Source: a virus
Lineage: Duplodnaviria; Caudoviricetes
Strand: one strand, 5' to 3'
Virus record (IMG/VR): IMGVR_UViG_3300027365_000016
Span: 1-56,279 of that record
DNA length: 56,279 nt
The notes beneath the pieces were generated by a model, which had not been told where the DNA came from, did not search any database, and saw only the letters and a list, made by a program, of their open reading frames with translations. This document shows, piece after piece, positions 38,693 through 46,979 of the stretch. Position 1 is the stretch's first letter. Every line of letters begins with the position of its first letter. Both the position numbers and the translations under genes were made by a program.

Positions 38693-41037
38693 GCATCGGA
38701 GGCGGCGGCGATGCCAAGCAGTCGGTCACCGACTATTTCGCGTCGGTCCATTACGGCGTGTGCGCCGGGCCGGTGGATGCCGTTACGCAAGTCTGGTACG
38801 GCGAGAAGCTGGCATGGAAGGGCAACGTCACCGGCTCGCAGGCGGTCGCCATCGACAAGGAAGGGCTGTTCGGCGGCAACAAGTCCGAGGGAGGGCTGGT
38901 CGGCACACTGGAGATGCTGCTCGGTAACGACGACCAGGTTCTGCCTGCGTCCGCCGTCGAGGTGCTGCGTCGCAACGGGGCGACCGGCCAGACCGACCCG
39001 CAGAAGGTGCCGGCCTATCGTAAGATCCTGTCGGTGTTCATGCACGGTGGATCCGAGGGCGCCAATATCGGCTCGAACACGGGCTACATCAAGGCGTTCT
39101 GGTTTCGCGTTCGTCGGGCCCCCAAAGGCTGCCCGTTCGAGCCGACAATCATCGTCAACGACATGCACCTGGCTAACCCGGCGGCGATCATCTGGGAGTG
39201 CCTGGCCAACGGCGTGTGGGGCATGGGCGCCCCGGTCAGTTTGATCGACGCCGATTCGTTCGTCGCCGCGGCGCAGACCCTCGCGAACGAGAAATTCGGC
39301 CTGGCGATGATGTGGAAGGAGCAGGAGTCGATCGAGGACTTCGTCGCCCGGGTACTCGACCACATCGAGGGGTCGCTGGCCGTCGACCCGTTCACCGGGC
39401 TGTTCCGCCTCAAGCTGGTTCGCGACGACTACAACGTCGAGGACCTGCCGGTCTTCGGGCCGCACAACGCTCGGCTCAACAGCTTCGAGCGCCGGGCCTG
39501 GGGCGAGACCACCAACGAGATTAACGTGTCGTGGACCAACCCGGAGAACGAACAGACGGAGACCGTCACCGTCCACGACACCGCCAACGTCAACCTGCAG
39601 GGCGGCACGGTGGTCTCCGAGACCAAGAACTACTCCGGTATCCGCGACGTCGACCTGGCATTGCGCACCGCGACGCGCGACCTGCTGGCTTCGGCGTCGG
39701 CCCTCGCCAGTGCCGAATTGCAGGTCAATCGCCAGGCGTGGCGGATCCTGCCCGGCGACGTGATTGCCTTGACCTGGCCGGCTTACGATTACGAAAGGGT
39801 CCCGATGCGAGTGTCGAGTGTCGACTACGGCAAGCCCGGCGACAGCACGATCACGCTCTCGCTGCTCGAGGATGTCTTCGGCATGCCGGCCCAGACGTAT
39901 GTCGAGTCGACCGGCTCGGCCTGGGTCAACCCGGCTGTTCAGCCGTCGTCGCTGCCCTACCGGCAGGTCACCTCGGTTCCCTACTACGTGGCGGTCCAGA
40001 AGGCCGGCGAGGCGGCGAGCGAGGCGATCGCGGATACCTCCGACTACGACGTGGCGTTCGGCTCCCACCCGCAGCGTGGCGTGTTCAAGTTTGATCTGGC
40101 GGTCCAGCAACCCGACGCCAACGGGGATCTCGCCTGGGTCGGCCGCGGATCGGCAAATCTTTCCGCCTACGGGGCGCTGCTCGACGACCTGCCGGCGGAG
40201 ACCACCAGCGTCATACCTGAGATCGACGATCTGGTGCAGGGCGGTCGAGCGATCGCCGGCGCGCTGGCATGGATCGGCCCCGTCGACCAGACCGGCGAAC
40301 TCGCGCTGATCAAGGCCGTGGACGGTACCGGCTATACCCTGACCCGCGGCGTGCTGGATACCGTACCCAAGGCCTGGCCGGCGTCGACCCCGGTTTGGAT
40401 CATCCCGGCGGCGTCATGGGCGACCACCGGCATCGAGCGGGCGATCGGCGAGACGGCCTCGATGCGCTTTCTGCCGACGACGGCGCTGGGCCGGCTGGCA
40501 ATCGGCGACGCCAGCGACGTCACCGGCAGCATGTCCGGCCGTTTGCACCGGCCCTACCGGCCGGCGAAGGTGCAGATCGCCGGAGAAACCTGGCCGTCGG
40601 CGGAGACGGCACGCAGTTTCCCTCTCACCGTTACATGGGTCGGCCGCAACCGGCTCGAGGAGACGACGCTGGTCAACGACTGGGAGGACGGCGCGGTCGC
40701 CCCCGAGGACGGCGTCACCTACACGGTGGAACTGTTCGGCGAGGACGGCGCGGGCAACGTCACCAGCTACCACGTCGAGGACGTAGGCACGGCCACCAGC
40801 TACTCGATCGACGTGGCAGCCGACCCGCCCCCGGCCGGGGCGGTGTATTTGCAGATCGAGGTCCGCTCGGTACGCGACGGGCTGGCCTGCTGGCAGGCGA
40901 TCCGCCATCGCATACGCCTGTTTAACCCGCCGAGCACCATCAACGCCGTCCGCATCGACCTCTACGGGCCCGGCGACCTGCTGGCCGCCGCCATCGACCT
41001 CATCGCCCCCACCGATATCACCGCCACGGAGACCTGA
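38689..41037 (+). CDS. tail tip / central tail protein (J-like)
   Basis: H.GVCAGPVD, NPAAIIWECL, LKLVRDDY, LPGDVI, RGVLDTVP, RPYRP. Confidence 0.88.
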   Translation: MSIGGGGDAKQSVTDYFASVHYGVCAGPVDAVTQVWYGEKLAWKGNVTGSQAVAIDKEGLFGGNKSEGGLVGTLEMLLGNDDQVLPASAVEVLRRNGATGQTDPQKVPAYRKILSVFMHGGSEGANIGSNTGYIKAFWFRVRRAPKGCPFEPTIIVNDMHLANPAAIIWECLANGVWGMGAPVSLIDADSFVAAAQTLANEKFGLAMMWKEQESIEDFVARVLDHIEGSLAVDPFTGLFRLKLVRDDYNVEDLPVFGPHNARLNSFERRAWGETTNEINVSWTNPENEQTETVTVHDTANVNLQGGTVVSETKNYSGIRDVDLALRTATRDLLASASALASAELQVNRQAWRILPGDVIALTWPAYDYERVPMRVSSVDYGKPGDSTITLSLLEDVFGMPAQTYVESTGSAWVNPAVQPSSLPYRQVTSVPYYVAVQKAGEAASEAIADTSDYDVAFGSHPQRGVFKFDLAVQQPDANGDLAWVGRGSANLSAYGALLDDLPAETTSVIPEIDDLVQGGRAIAGALAWIGPVDQTGELALIKAVDGTGYTLTRGVLDTVPKAWPASTPVWIIPAASWATTGIERAIGETASMRFLPTTALGRLAIGDASDVTGSMSGRLHRPYRPAKVQIAGETWPSAETARSFPLTVTWVGRNRLEETTLVNDWEDGAVAPEDGVTYTVELFGEDGAGNVTSYHVEDVGTATSYSIDVAADPPPAGAVYLQIEVRSVRDGLACWQAIRHRIRLFNPPSTINAVRIDLYGPGDLLAAAIDLIAPTDITATET

Positions 41038-41038
41038 C

Positions 41039-41788
41039 ATGGCCCTCAACATCACCTGGACCGACACCAACGAAAGCGAAGACGGCTACAACGTCTATAT
41101 CCGCGACACCCCGATGACCTGGCCCAGCGACGTGCCGGCACCGGTCGTCACCAATGCCGACACGACATCCTACGCCGCCAACGTGGACACCACGGTGGAT
41201 CAATATGTGATCGTCACCGCTGTCAAAGGCGGAATCGAGGTCGCCGCCGAACAGGTCCACTTCGACCCCGCGGGTTCTGGCGGAGGCGGCACCGACGACT
41301 TCTCAAGCGCGCAGATCGGCGACCGGATCGGCGGCGGGATCTATGCAGGCATCGACACTATCGGCGGCACCGATTACCACATCGTCTCAGGCGACGCCGC
41401 TTCCGAGGCATACGGGCTGGAGTGGAAGACCTCGCGCACGACGACCTCGGGAACCGGCAGCGACACCGACGGCCTGGCCAACACCCAGGCGATGGAAGCG
41501 GCAGGCATCGCCGATCACCCGGCGGCGCAGCACTGCGTCAACTACACCGGCGGCGGGCACACCGACTGGCACATGCCGGCGCACAGCCAGCTCACGCTGA
41601 TGTATGGCAACCTGGCCGGCCACGCCGAGTTCGCCGATAACGTCAGCTCCGGCGATTACACCTGGGCTTCCACGGAGTACTCGTCGACCAACGCCTGGGG
41701 TCTGAGGTTCTCCGACGGTAACGAGAGCACCGGCGGCAAGGACGCCACCATTCTACGGGTTCGTCCGGTCCGCAGGGTCGCGGTTTAA
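41039..41788 (+). CDS. DGR target: N-truncated FN3-like domain, Gly linker and C-type-lectin-fold (DUF1566-like) variable domain; probable receptor-binding protein
   Basis: ITWTD..ESEDGYNVY; GSGGGG; GGIYAG, GLANT, GGHTDWHMP, WASTE, VRPVRR; 3' end matches TR. Confidence 0.9.
   Translation: MALNITWTDTNESEDGYNVYIRDTPMTWPSDVPAPVVTNADTTSYAANVDTTVDQYVIVTAVKGGIEVAAEQVHFDPAGSGGGGTDDFSSAQIGDRIGGGIYAGIDTIGGTDYHIVSGDAASEAYGLEWKTSRTTTSGTGSDTDGLANTQAMEAAGIADHPAAQHCVNYTGGGHTDWHMPAHSQLTLMYGNLAGHAEFADNVSSGDYTWASTEYSSTNAWGLRFSDGNESTGGKDATILRVRPVRRVAV
41671..41776 (+). repeat. DGR variable repeat (VR)
   Basis: 106-bp ungapped match to 42399-42504 with 15 mismatches, 13 opposite TR adenines. Confidence 0.97.
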
Positions 41789-41795
41789 TTCTCAG

Positions 41796-41839
41796 CCGGC
41801 GCCGACAGGCGCCGGTACTCACGCCGGGCGCAGCCCGGC
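41796..41839 (+). other. DGR target-recognition hairpins
   Basis: CCGGCGCC-GACA-GGCGCCGG (41796-41815) and GCCGGGC-GCA-GCCCGGC (41823-41839) just after the VR. Confidence 0.8.
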
Positions 41840-41851
41840 TAAGGCGAGGAC

Positions 41852-42238
41852 GTGTCCAGCATCACCCAACACCTTCCGATCTACAGGACCACCTATGCGC
41901 TGCTGCAGGTGGTGATGAAGGGTCTCAAGCACTTCTCGCGAGACCTTCGCCCCACTCTCGGCAACCGCCTCCTCAACGAAGTGCTGCGGCTGATCACCGC
42001 GATCTACCGCGCCCGAGCCACCCGGGATGACCGTTCGCGGGTTAAGCATCTTCGTGCTATATTAGAAACTATTGAAGTTGTCGAGCCGCTGCTGCAACTG
42101 TGTCATGACATGCAGCTCCTCCCGCGCGAGGTCTACGCGGAGACGGTCGAGCTCACCAGCAGCATCGGTCGCCAGGCCGGGGGCTGGTTACGTGACGCCC
42201 AGCAAAGCCTCGACGACCGCCCGTTGCATGCCGGGTAG
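41852..42238 (+). CDS. avd: DGR accessory variability determinant (four-helix bundle)
   Basis: LPIYR..Y.L, R.TLG.R, IGRQAGGW; lies between target and TR. Confidence 0.88.
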   Translation: MSSITQHLPIYRTTYALLQVVMKGLKHFSRDLRPTLGNRLLNEVLRLITAIYRARATRDDRSRVKHLRAILETIEVVEPLLQLCHDMQLLPREVYAETVELTSSIGRQAGGWLRDAQQSLDDRPLHAG

Positions 42239-42398
42239 TGCCGGCGCCCGTTCTATGGCGGCTACGGCTGCCTCAGCAGTGCGCATTACCTGGTCGCGCC
42301 CATGCCACAAGGCATGACAGGCCCCTCCCGCGGTAGGGGCAACTTCCCGGCTGATCGGCACTGCCTTCGGCGGGGCGGCGTGAAGGCGCGATGAAACT

Positions 42399-42504
42399 CA
42401 CGGAGAACTCGTCGAACAACGCCTGGGATCGGAGGTTCTCCGACGGTAACGAGAACAACAACAACAAGGACAACACCAATCGACGGGTTCGTCCGGTCCG
42501 CAAG
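42399..42504 (+). ncRNA. DGR template repeat (TR)
   Basis: 33 adenines; 9 AAC and 1 AAT codons in the VR frame. Confidence 0.95.
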
Positions 42505-42523
42505 TAATCAGGATGCTCCCGGC

Positions 42524-43660
42524 ATGCAGCCCACGTTCCAGGAAGTCACGCTCGCCTACCTCGACTGCCGCCGGCACAAGCGCAGCACCGAAGCTGCTAT
42601 GCACTTCGAGAATCACCTGGCAGGCAACCTTCGGCGACTGCACGGCGAGCTATGTGACGGCAGCTACCGGATCGGCCCATCTCGCTGTTTCGTGGTGCTG
42701 CACCCCAAGCCCCGTGAGGTGTGGGCGGGTGCCTTCAGGGACCGGATCGTCCACCACCTGGCCTACAACCGGCTGTCGCCCAAGGCGTATCGCACTTTCT
42801 CCGCCGATTCTTGCGCGTGCATCCCGGGGCGGGGCACCCTCTACGGTGCCAACCGGTTAGGGGGTCACATTCGCTCGGCGACCAAGAACTGGTCGAAGCG
42901 GGTCTACTACCTCAAGATGGACCTCAGCAACTTCTTCGTCAGCATCCACAAACCGACCCTGGCGAACTTGCTGGAGCCTTTGTTCGAGGACGACTTCACC
43001 CGTGATCTGGCACGGCAGATTCTCTTTCACGACCCCACGCGATCCGTCGAGATTCGCAGCCCGCGCTGGAAGATGAACCGGGTGCCGCGCCACAAGAGCC
43101 TGTTCAACGCTCCGCACGGCTGCGGCCTAGCCATCGGCAACCTGCCCTCCCAGTTCGAGGCCAACGTCTACCTGAATCTGCTTGACCAGTTGGTCAACCA
43201 TCGGCTCAAGCCCGCCGGTTATATCCGCTATGTCGACGACTTCATCCTGCTGCACGAGGACCGCGACTGGTTGCTGTCCGCCCAGGCGCAGATCGAGGCG
43301 TTCCTATGGCAGCGCCTGCGGCTCCAGGCCAACCCACGCAAGACGGTGATCAACACCTGTGAGCGAGGCGTCGATTTCGTGGGGCAGGTGATCAAGCCCT
43401 GGCACCGGGTCGCCCGGAGCACCCTATACCCCGCCGCGAAACGAGCGATACGCCAGGCGCCCGACGACACGACACGCTGCGCCTCGGCCAACAGCTATTT
43501 GGGTATTCTGGGTCAGACGGCCAGCTACCGACAACGGGTGGCGCTTTGCGAAACGGCCGCGGCCTACGGGCACCCGGTTGACCCGGAGAGGCGGAAGGTG
43601 CTCGCCGAGCAGAAACCGGCTGCGACTCAGCCTGCACCTGCGCTAGGCTCACGGCAGTAA
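42524..43660 (+). CDS. DGR reverse transcriptase
   Basis: KPRE, FRDRIVHH, KMDLSNFF.SI, GLAIGNLPSQ (SQ signature), RYVDDF, GVDFVG. Confidence 0.95.
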   Translation: MQPTFQEVTLAYLDCRRHKRSTEAAMHFENHLAGNLRRLHGELCDGSYRIGPSRCFVVLHPKPREVWAGAFRDRIVHHLAYNRLSPKAYRTFSADSCACIPGRGTLYGANRLGGHIRSATKNWSKRVYYLKMDLSNFFVSIHKPTLANLLEPLFEDDFTRDLARQILFHDPTRSVEIRSPRWKMNRVPRHKSLFNAPHGCGLAIGNLPSQFEANVYLNLLDQLVNHRLKPAGYIRYVDDFILLHEDRDWLLSAQAQIEAFLWQRLRLQANPRKTVINTCERGVDFVGQVIKPWHRVARSTLYPAAKRAIRQAPDDTTRCASANSYLGILGQTASYRQRVALCETAAAYGHPVDPERRKVLAEQKPAATQPAPALGSRQ

Positions 43661-43685
43661 TGGTTCCGGTCGACGAGGGCATACT

Positions 43686-44036
43686 ATGCCGCCAGAAAGC
43701 ATCGAGCAGCGACTCTCCGATCTCGCGACCTCCCAGGTCCAACTCGACGGGAAGGTCACCGCCATCAGCAAGAACATGGAAGAGATCAACGTCACCCTCG
43801 GCCAGGTGGCGGAGGCGCTGACCACGATTGCCGTACAAGGCGAGCAGGTCATGGCGCTGCGGCGAACCGTTGACCAACTCACCGGCGACATGAAGGTCCT
43901 CACGGATCGGCAGCGGGAACTCGAAGTCGAGGTGGCCCAGAACACGGCGCTGCGGACCTGGTCGTTCCGGCTGGCTCTGGGCGGGGCGATCGCCGTCGTC
44001 GGCTTCGTCTGGAAGAAGGTCACCGACGGCATTTGA
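43686..44036 (+). CDS. coiled-coil protein with C-terminal TM (holin/antiholin-like)
   Basis: Heptad pattern followed by LALGGAIAVVGFVW; end of the late operon. Confidence 0.55.
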   Translation: MPPESIEQRLSDLATSQVQLDGKVTAISKNMEEINVTLGQVAEALTTIAVQGEQVMALRRTVDQLTGDMKVLTDRQRELEVEVAQNTALRTWSFRLALGGAIAVVGFVWKKVTDGI

Positions 44037-44048
44037 CCGCAGTTTCAA

Positions 44049-44279
44049 CTATTTGTTGAATTTACGCCGACGCTTACGCGGCTTCTCGAAGTGGGTCGGT
44101 CGAACTACCAGGAAGGCCAGCATCGGCAGCCATAGGGCGCAGAGCAGCATCGCGCTGAACAGCGGCTTCACCTTGCGCTCGCGCAGCGCCGGCCGGGACA
44201 TCGGGTGACGAGCGACCACGGCCAGGGCAAAGGCCACGGCCAGGGCGCCGCCGGCGTACATCGTGATCAGGGCGTTCAT
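44049..44279 (-). CDS. small membrane protein
   Basis: Two hydrophobic segments and a basic tail. Confidence 0.6.
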   Translation of the reverse strand: MNALITMYAGGALAVAFALAVVARHPMSRPALRERKVKPLFSAMLLCALWLPMLAFLVVRPTHFEKPRKRRRKFNK

Positions 44280-44408
44280 TCAGGTCTCCAGATAGAGCGC
44301 GGTCAGCGCGACAAGCAGGGACAGGGCGAGCAAGCGGCCCCGCCAGACGGGGAACACGAGTGCGTCGATCAGCAGGACGAGACTGGTCACTCCGAGCAGG
44401 GCCGGCAT
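44280..44408 (-). CDS. small hydrophobic protein (42 aa)
   Basis: GGGAG RBS; adjoins neighbours. Confidence 0.5.
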   Translation of the reverse strand: MPALLGVTSLVLLIDALVFPVWRGRLLALSLLVALTALYLET

Positions 44409-44410
44409 GG

Positions 44411-44590
44411 TTATCTCCCGGTGTCGGGGTCGTTGTTGTCGCGGACCGCGAGCGTGGCGTGATAGACCGTGTCGCACCATCGACATTGTCGCGTCTCGTG
44501 GCGCTGCCCGGTGTACGGGCTGAGGTAGGTCTCAAGGACCCGGTATTCGCACCGGGTCGGGGCCTCGCAGGACGAGTCACGGCGGGGCAT
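44411..44590 (-). CDS. small Cys-containing hypothetical protein
   Basis: TGATG coupling; CRWC. Confidence 0.5.
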   Translation of the reverse strand: MPRRDSSCEAPTRCEYRVLETYLSPYTGQRHETRQCRWCDTVYHATLAVRDNNDPDTGR

Positions 44591-45192
44591 CAGGCGGCCT
44601 CGACTCGAGTCATCTTCGCCAGGAACTGGACGAGGGGTTTCGACCAGACCCGTCCATCCTCGCCTCGGTAGCAGACAGTGATCGGGTAGCCGGGGCGCTG
44701 GCTGTTCGTGTTGGTGACCAGTTCGACGCGATACCGTTTGCCGTTCTCGTGACGGTAGGTGTCCCACACTACGGGTATCCGGGGCGGCTCGAAGCCCCGC
44801 TCGAGCGGAGAATCGGCGGCGGCTTGCGGGGCTTGCTCGTTCGCTTCCAGGCGCCGGATCGCCTCGTCGCAGATCAGTAGAATCTCGACCTCGCCGCCCG
44901 CGAACTTGTCCTCGTGCTCGTCGATCAGCAGTCCGCCAACCCAGGCAGCCCCCTCGGAACGCTTGGCGTAGTCGCGCGAAGCGAGGTTGTCCTCGGGCGC
45001 CGAATTGAGCGCCGACATGACGTGCGGGCTGTCGGCAAGGTGGCTGTTGCTGATGATGTTCTCCAGCATCCTTGCGCGCGTCGACATGGCGGCTAGCTGG
45101 TCGGTCGTCTCTTCAAGCTGCACACAGACTCGGTCGAGATCATCGTTCTCGGCGCGGGCCCGATCGCTGGGCCATACGAAGTCGTTAGACAC
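44590..45192 (-). CDS. hypothetical protein with DUF1653-like C-terminal domain
   Basis: YRHENGKRYRV...V.Y...DGRVWSKPL..F. Confidence 0.65.
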   Translation of the reverse strand: MSNDFVWPSDRARAENDDLDRVCVQLEETTDQLAAMSTRARMLENIISNSHLADSPHVMSALNSAPEDNLASRDYAKRSEGAAWVGGLLIDEHEDKFAGGEVEILLICDEAIRRLEANEQAPQAAADSPLERGFEPPRIPVVWDTYRHENGKRYRVELVTNTNSQRPGYPITVCYRGEDGRVWSKPLVQFLAKMTRVEAA

Positions 45193-45211
45193 GGGGTTCT
45201 CCTTTCGCTGT

Positions 45212-45436
45212 TCAGTGGTCGCCGTCTATCGGGTCGGCGTCGAGGGTATTGCCGTCGGTGTCTATCTCCTGGGCGTACCATTCGACGTTCTCCAGCGCGG
45301 CCTCGCGCACGGCATCTTCCCGTTGCTGGGTTGTCATCGCGTCCCAGTCCTCGCGCGGCATGCCGATTTCATCGGTCGTGACGCAGCCGACCAGACCCAT
45401 TCGGGTCGTGACGCGAATACGAATACCGTCAGGCAC
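45212..45436 (-). CDS. acidic hypothetical protein
   Basis: AAGGAG RBS; operon fit. Confidence 0.6.
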   Translation of the reverse strand: MPDGIRIRVTTRMGLVGCVTTDEIGMPREDWDAMTTQQREDAVREAALENVEWYAQEIDTDGNTLDADPIDGDH

Positions 45437-45827
45437 GGGGGCTCTCCTTTCGCGATTGGCGAATCTCGTCGCGGCGTTCGCAGACGCGTTGCCAGGTGGC
45501 GCAGAAGCCGCAGGGTTGATTGGCGCGGTCGCCGTTGTCCCAGTCCCAGAAGCCGGGGACGCTATGCGAGTGCCCCGGGGCCTGACTGGAATCTCGGCAG
45601 TGGCGGTGCTTGTCTTCGAGGTGGCTCATCAGCGCGAGCAGCAGCACGCGATCCCGGTGAGAGTCATCGTGGGCGGTGTCGCGCTGCTCGTAGAGCTCGC
45701 CCAGGCGGATCCGCTGGGTCTCCATCTCGGCATAGGCCTCGGTAAGAGCCTTGTCGGCCGTGAGGCACCGCCGGGCCAGTTCGTCCTTCGTCAGGCGCAT
45801 CAGATCGCGCTTGGTTTCGGTGGTCAT
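45429..45827 (-). CDS. hypothetical protein (APGHSH..PG.WD.DN, CxxC)
   Basis: Overlaps neighbours. Confidence 0.6.
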   Translation of the reverse strand: MTTETKRDLMRLTKDELARRCLTADKALTEAYAEMETQRIRLGELYEQRDTAHDDSHRDRVLLLALMSHLEDKHRHCRDSSQAPGHSHSVPGFWDWDNGDRANQPCGFCATWQRVCERRDEIRQSRKESPRA

Positions 45828-46546
45828 GACATGTCCTCGGCTTGGCGGCGTTCCGCGATACGTTCGATCTTGGCGGCGCGTTCCATGAGGAAACGAGCGG
45901 CTTCGCTATTGCCCATTTCCAGGGCCGCAGATTTCAGCGCCTCCGCCTTGGCTTGGGCGATGATGCGGGCGAGGCTGGTTTCGGGAGTTTCGTCCAGCAA
46001 GTCTCGCATCCAGCTCCAGCGCAGCGTCGAGAATGCCCGCACATACCCTTCACGTAGCCGCTCCACATACGCCGCCAGCGCGACGCGCTCGGCAAAAGCC
46101 TCAAGCAAGACGCTGACGGAATCGACCACACTGGCCGGCAAAGTGCCGGCGTCAATGTGTGGCTGCAGAATCTCGGCGGCTTGCCAGTAGTGCTCAGATG
46201 CCGCCCGCGGGTCGCCGGATAGCGATCGGTCTTCCAGTTCTGCGGTCAGTGTATCTACCTTCGCCGCCATCGCGTCGCGCTCGTCAGCCCAAGCAACATA
46301 GTCGCGGCCCAGTTCCTCGCCTCTGGCCTGATGCTCCTGCCCGATGGATGGACGGCCCGCGGCGTAGCGCTCGACGTTGGCCCAGGTCTCCTCATAGATC
46401 GGCTCCCAGTCAGGCTCGACGACCACACACTCACGGGTGCGTATGTCCTTTACGGACAGATAGCGGCGCAAGTCCTTTTGGTCTGCTTCCGCCAGATCCG
46501 CCAGCTTCACGACGATATAGCGTTCTTCACGTTGAAAGTCGCTCAT
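45824..46546 (-). CDS. hypothetical mosaic (Ead/Ea22-like) phage protein
   Basis: FQREERYIVVKL...ECVVVEPDW module followed by a coiled coil. Confidence 0.65.
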   Translation of the reverse strand: MSDFQREERYIVVKLADLAEADQKDLRRYLSVKDIRTRECVVVEPDWEPIYEETWANVERYAAGRPSIGQEHQARGEELGRDYVAWADERDAMAAKVDTLTAELEDRSLSGDPRAASEHYWQAAEILQPHIDAGTLPASVVDSVSVLLEAFAERVALAAYVERLREGYVRAFSTLRWSWMRDLLDETPETSLARIIAQAKAEALKSAALEMGNSEAARFLMERAAKIERIAERRQAEDMS

Positions 46547-46740
46547 TCCACATCCTCCCCTTGCGCTTGGCGGCGGTTATTCCTGTTACGGTCCGTGGCT
46601 TCTGAGTTCTTTCGGATAGCCCACATTTTCACCGGCCGGCCGATTTCATGCGACGCTACTCGTAACCAGTCACTTAAGGTAAACAGGGTTATCTGAACCT
46701 TATCCACGGTTAGGTAAACGATTTCATACCGCTTAATCAT
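46543..46740 (-). CDS. hypothetical protein (low GC)
   Basis: ATGA overlaps on both sides. Confidence 0.5.
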   Translation of the reverse strand: MIKRYEIVYLTVDKVQITLFTLSDWLRVASHEIGRPVKMWAIRKNSEATDRNRNNRRQAQGEDVE

Positions 46741-46979
46741 TGCTCGTTCTCCGGTAGTTCGGTGCCGGCCCGTCTCGCGGAATACCCTTTGGCTACGATG
46801 TCGATTGCAATTTCCGAGAGCGTCGATCGCCAGACCTCCACGCCGTTCTTGCAGCACGCCACGCCGGCGATTCCACCGGCGTCGTCGTAGATGATCTCGG
46901 CAGAGCAACGATTGGATAGCGGCCCGTGAACTTTCTCGAAAAGCCTCAAGACTTCCGCCTCTTCCAGCAGGAGCATCAC
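46737..46979 (-). CDS. hypothetical protein
   Basis: Operon fit. Confidence 0.55.
   Translation of the reverse strand: MMLLLEEAEVLRLFEKVHGPLSNRCSAEIIYDDAGGIAGVACCKNGVEVWRSTLSEIAIDIVAKGYSARRAGTELPENEQ

Noticed and set aside
33765-41037. Second DGR target among the tail genes
   Set aside because: No other match to the TR 3' sequence (GGGTTCGTCCGGTCCGC) was seen by eye; a BLASTn of the TR against the genome would settle it.
41030-41045. Read-through or +1 frameshift fusing tail tip and DGR target
   Set aside because: The target is in the +1 frame, ACC-TGA-C offers poor tRNA re-pairing, and the target has its own GGAG RBS. Fusion would also not explain three tandem strands. Not fully excluded.
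42453-42480. (AAC)n run as a microsatellite or phase-variation tract
   Set aside because: It is the AAC codon run of the template repeat.
42524-43660. RT as a group II intron, retron or Abi RT
   Set aside because: 378 aa with no maturase or endonuclease extension, an SQ motif, and flanking avd and TR/VR identify it as a DGR RT.
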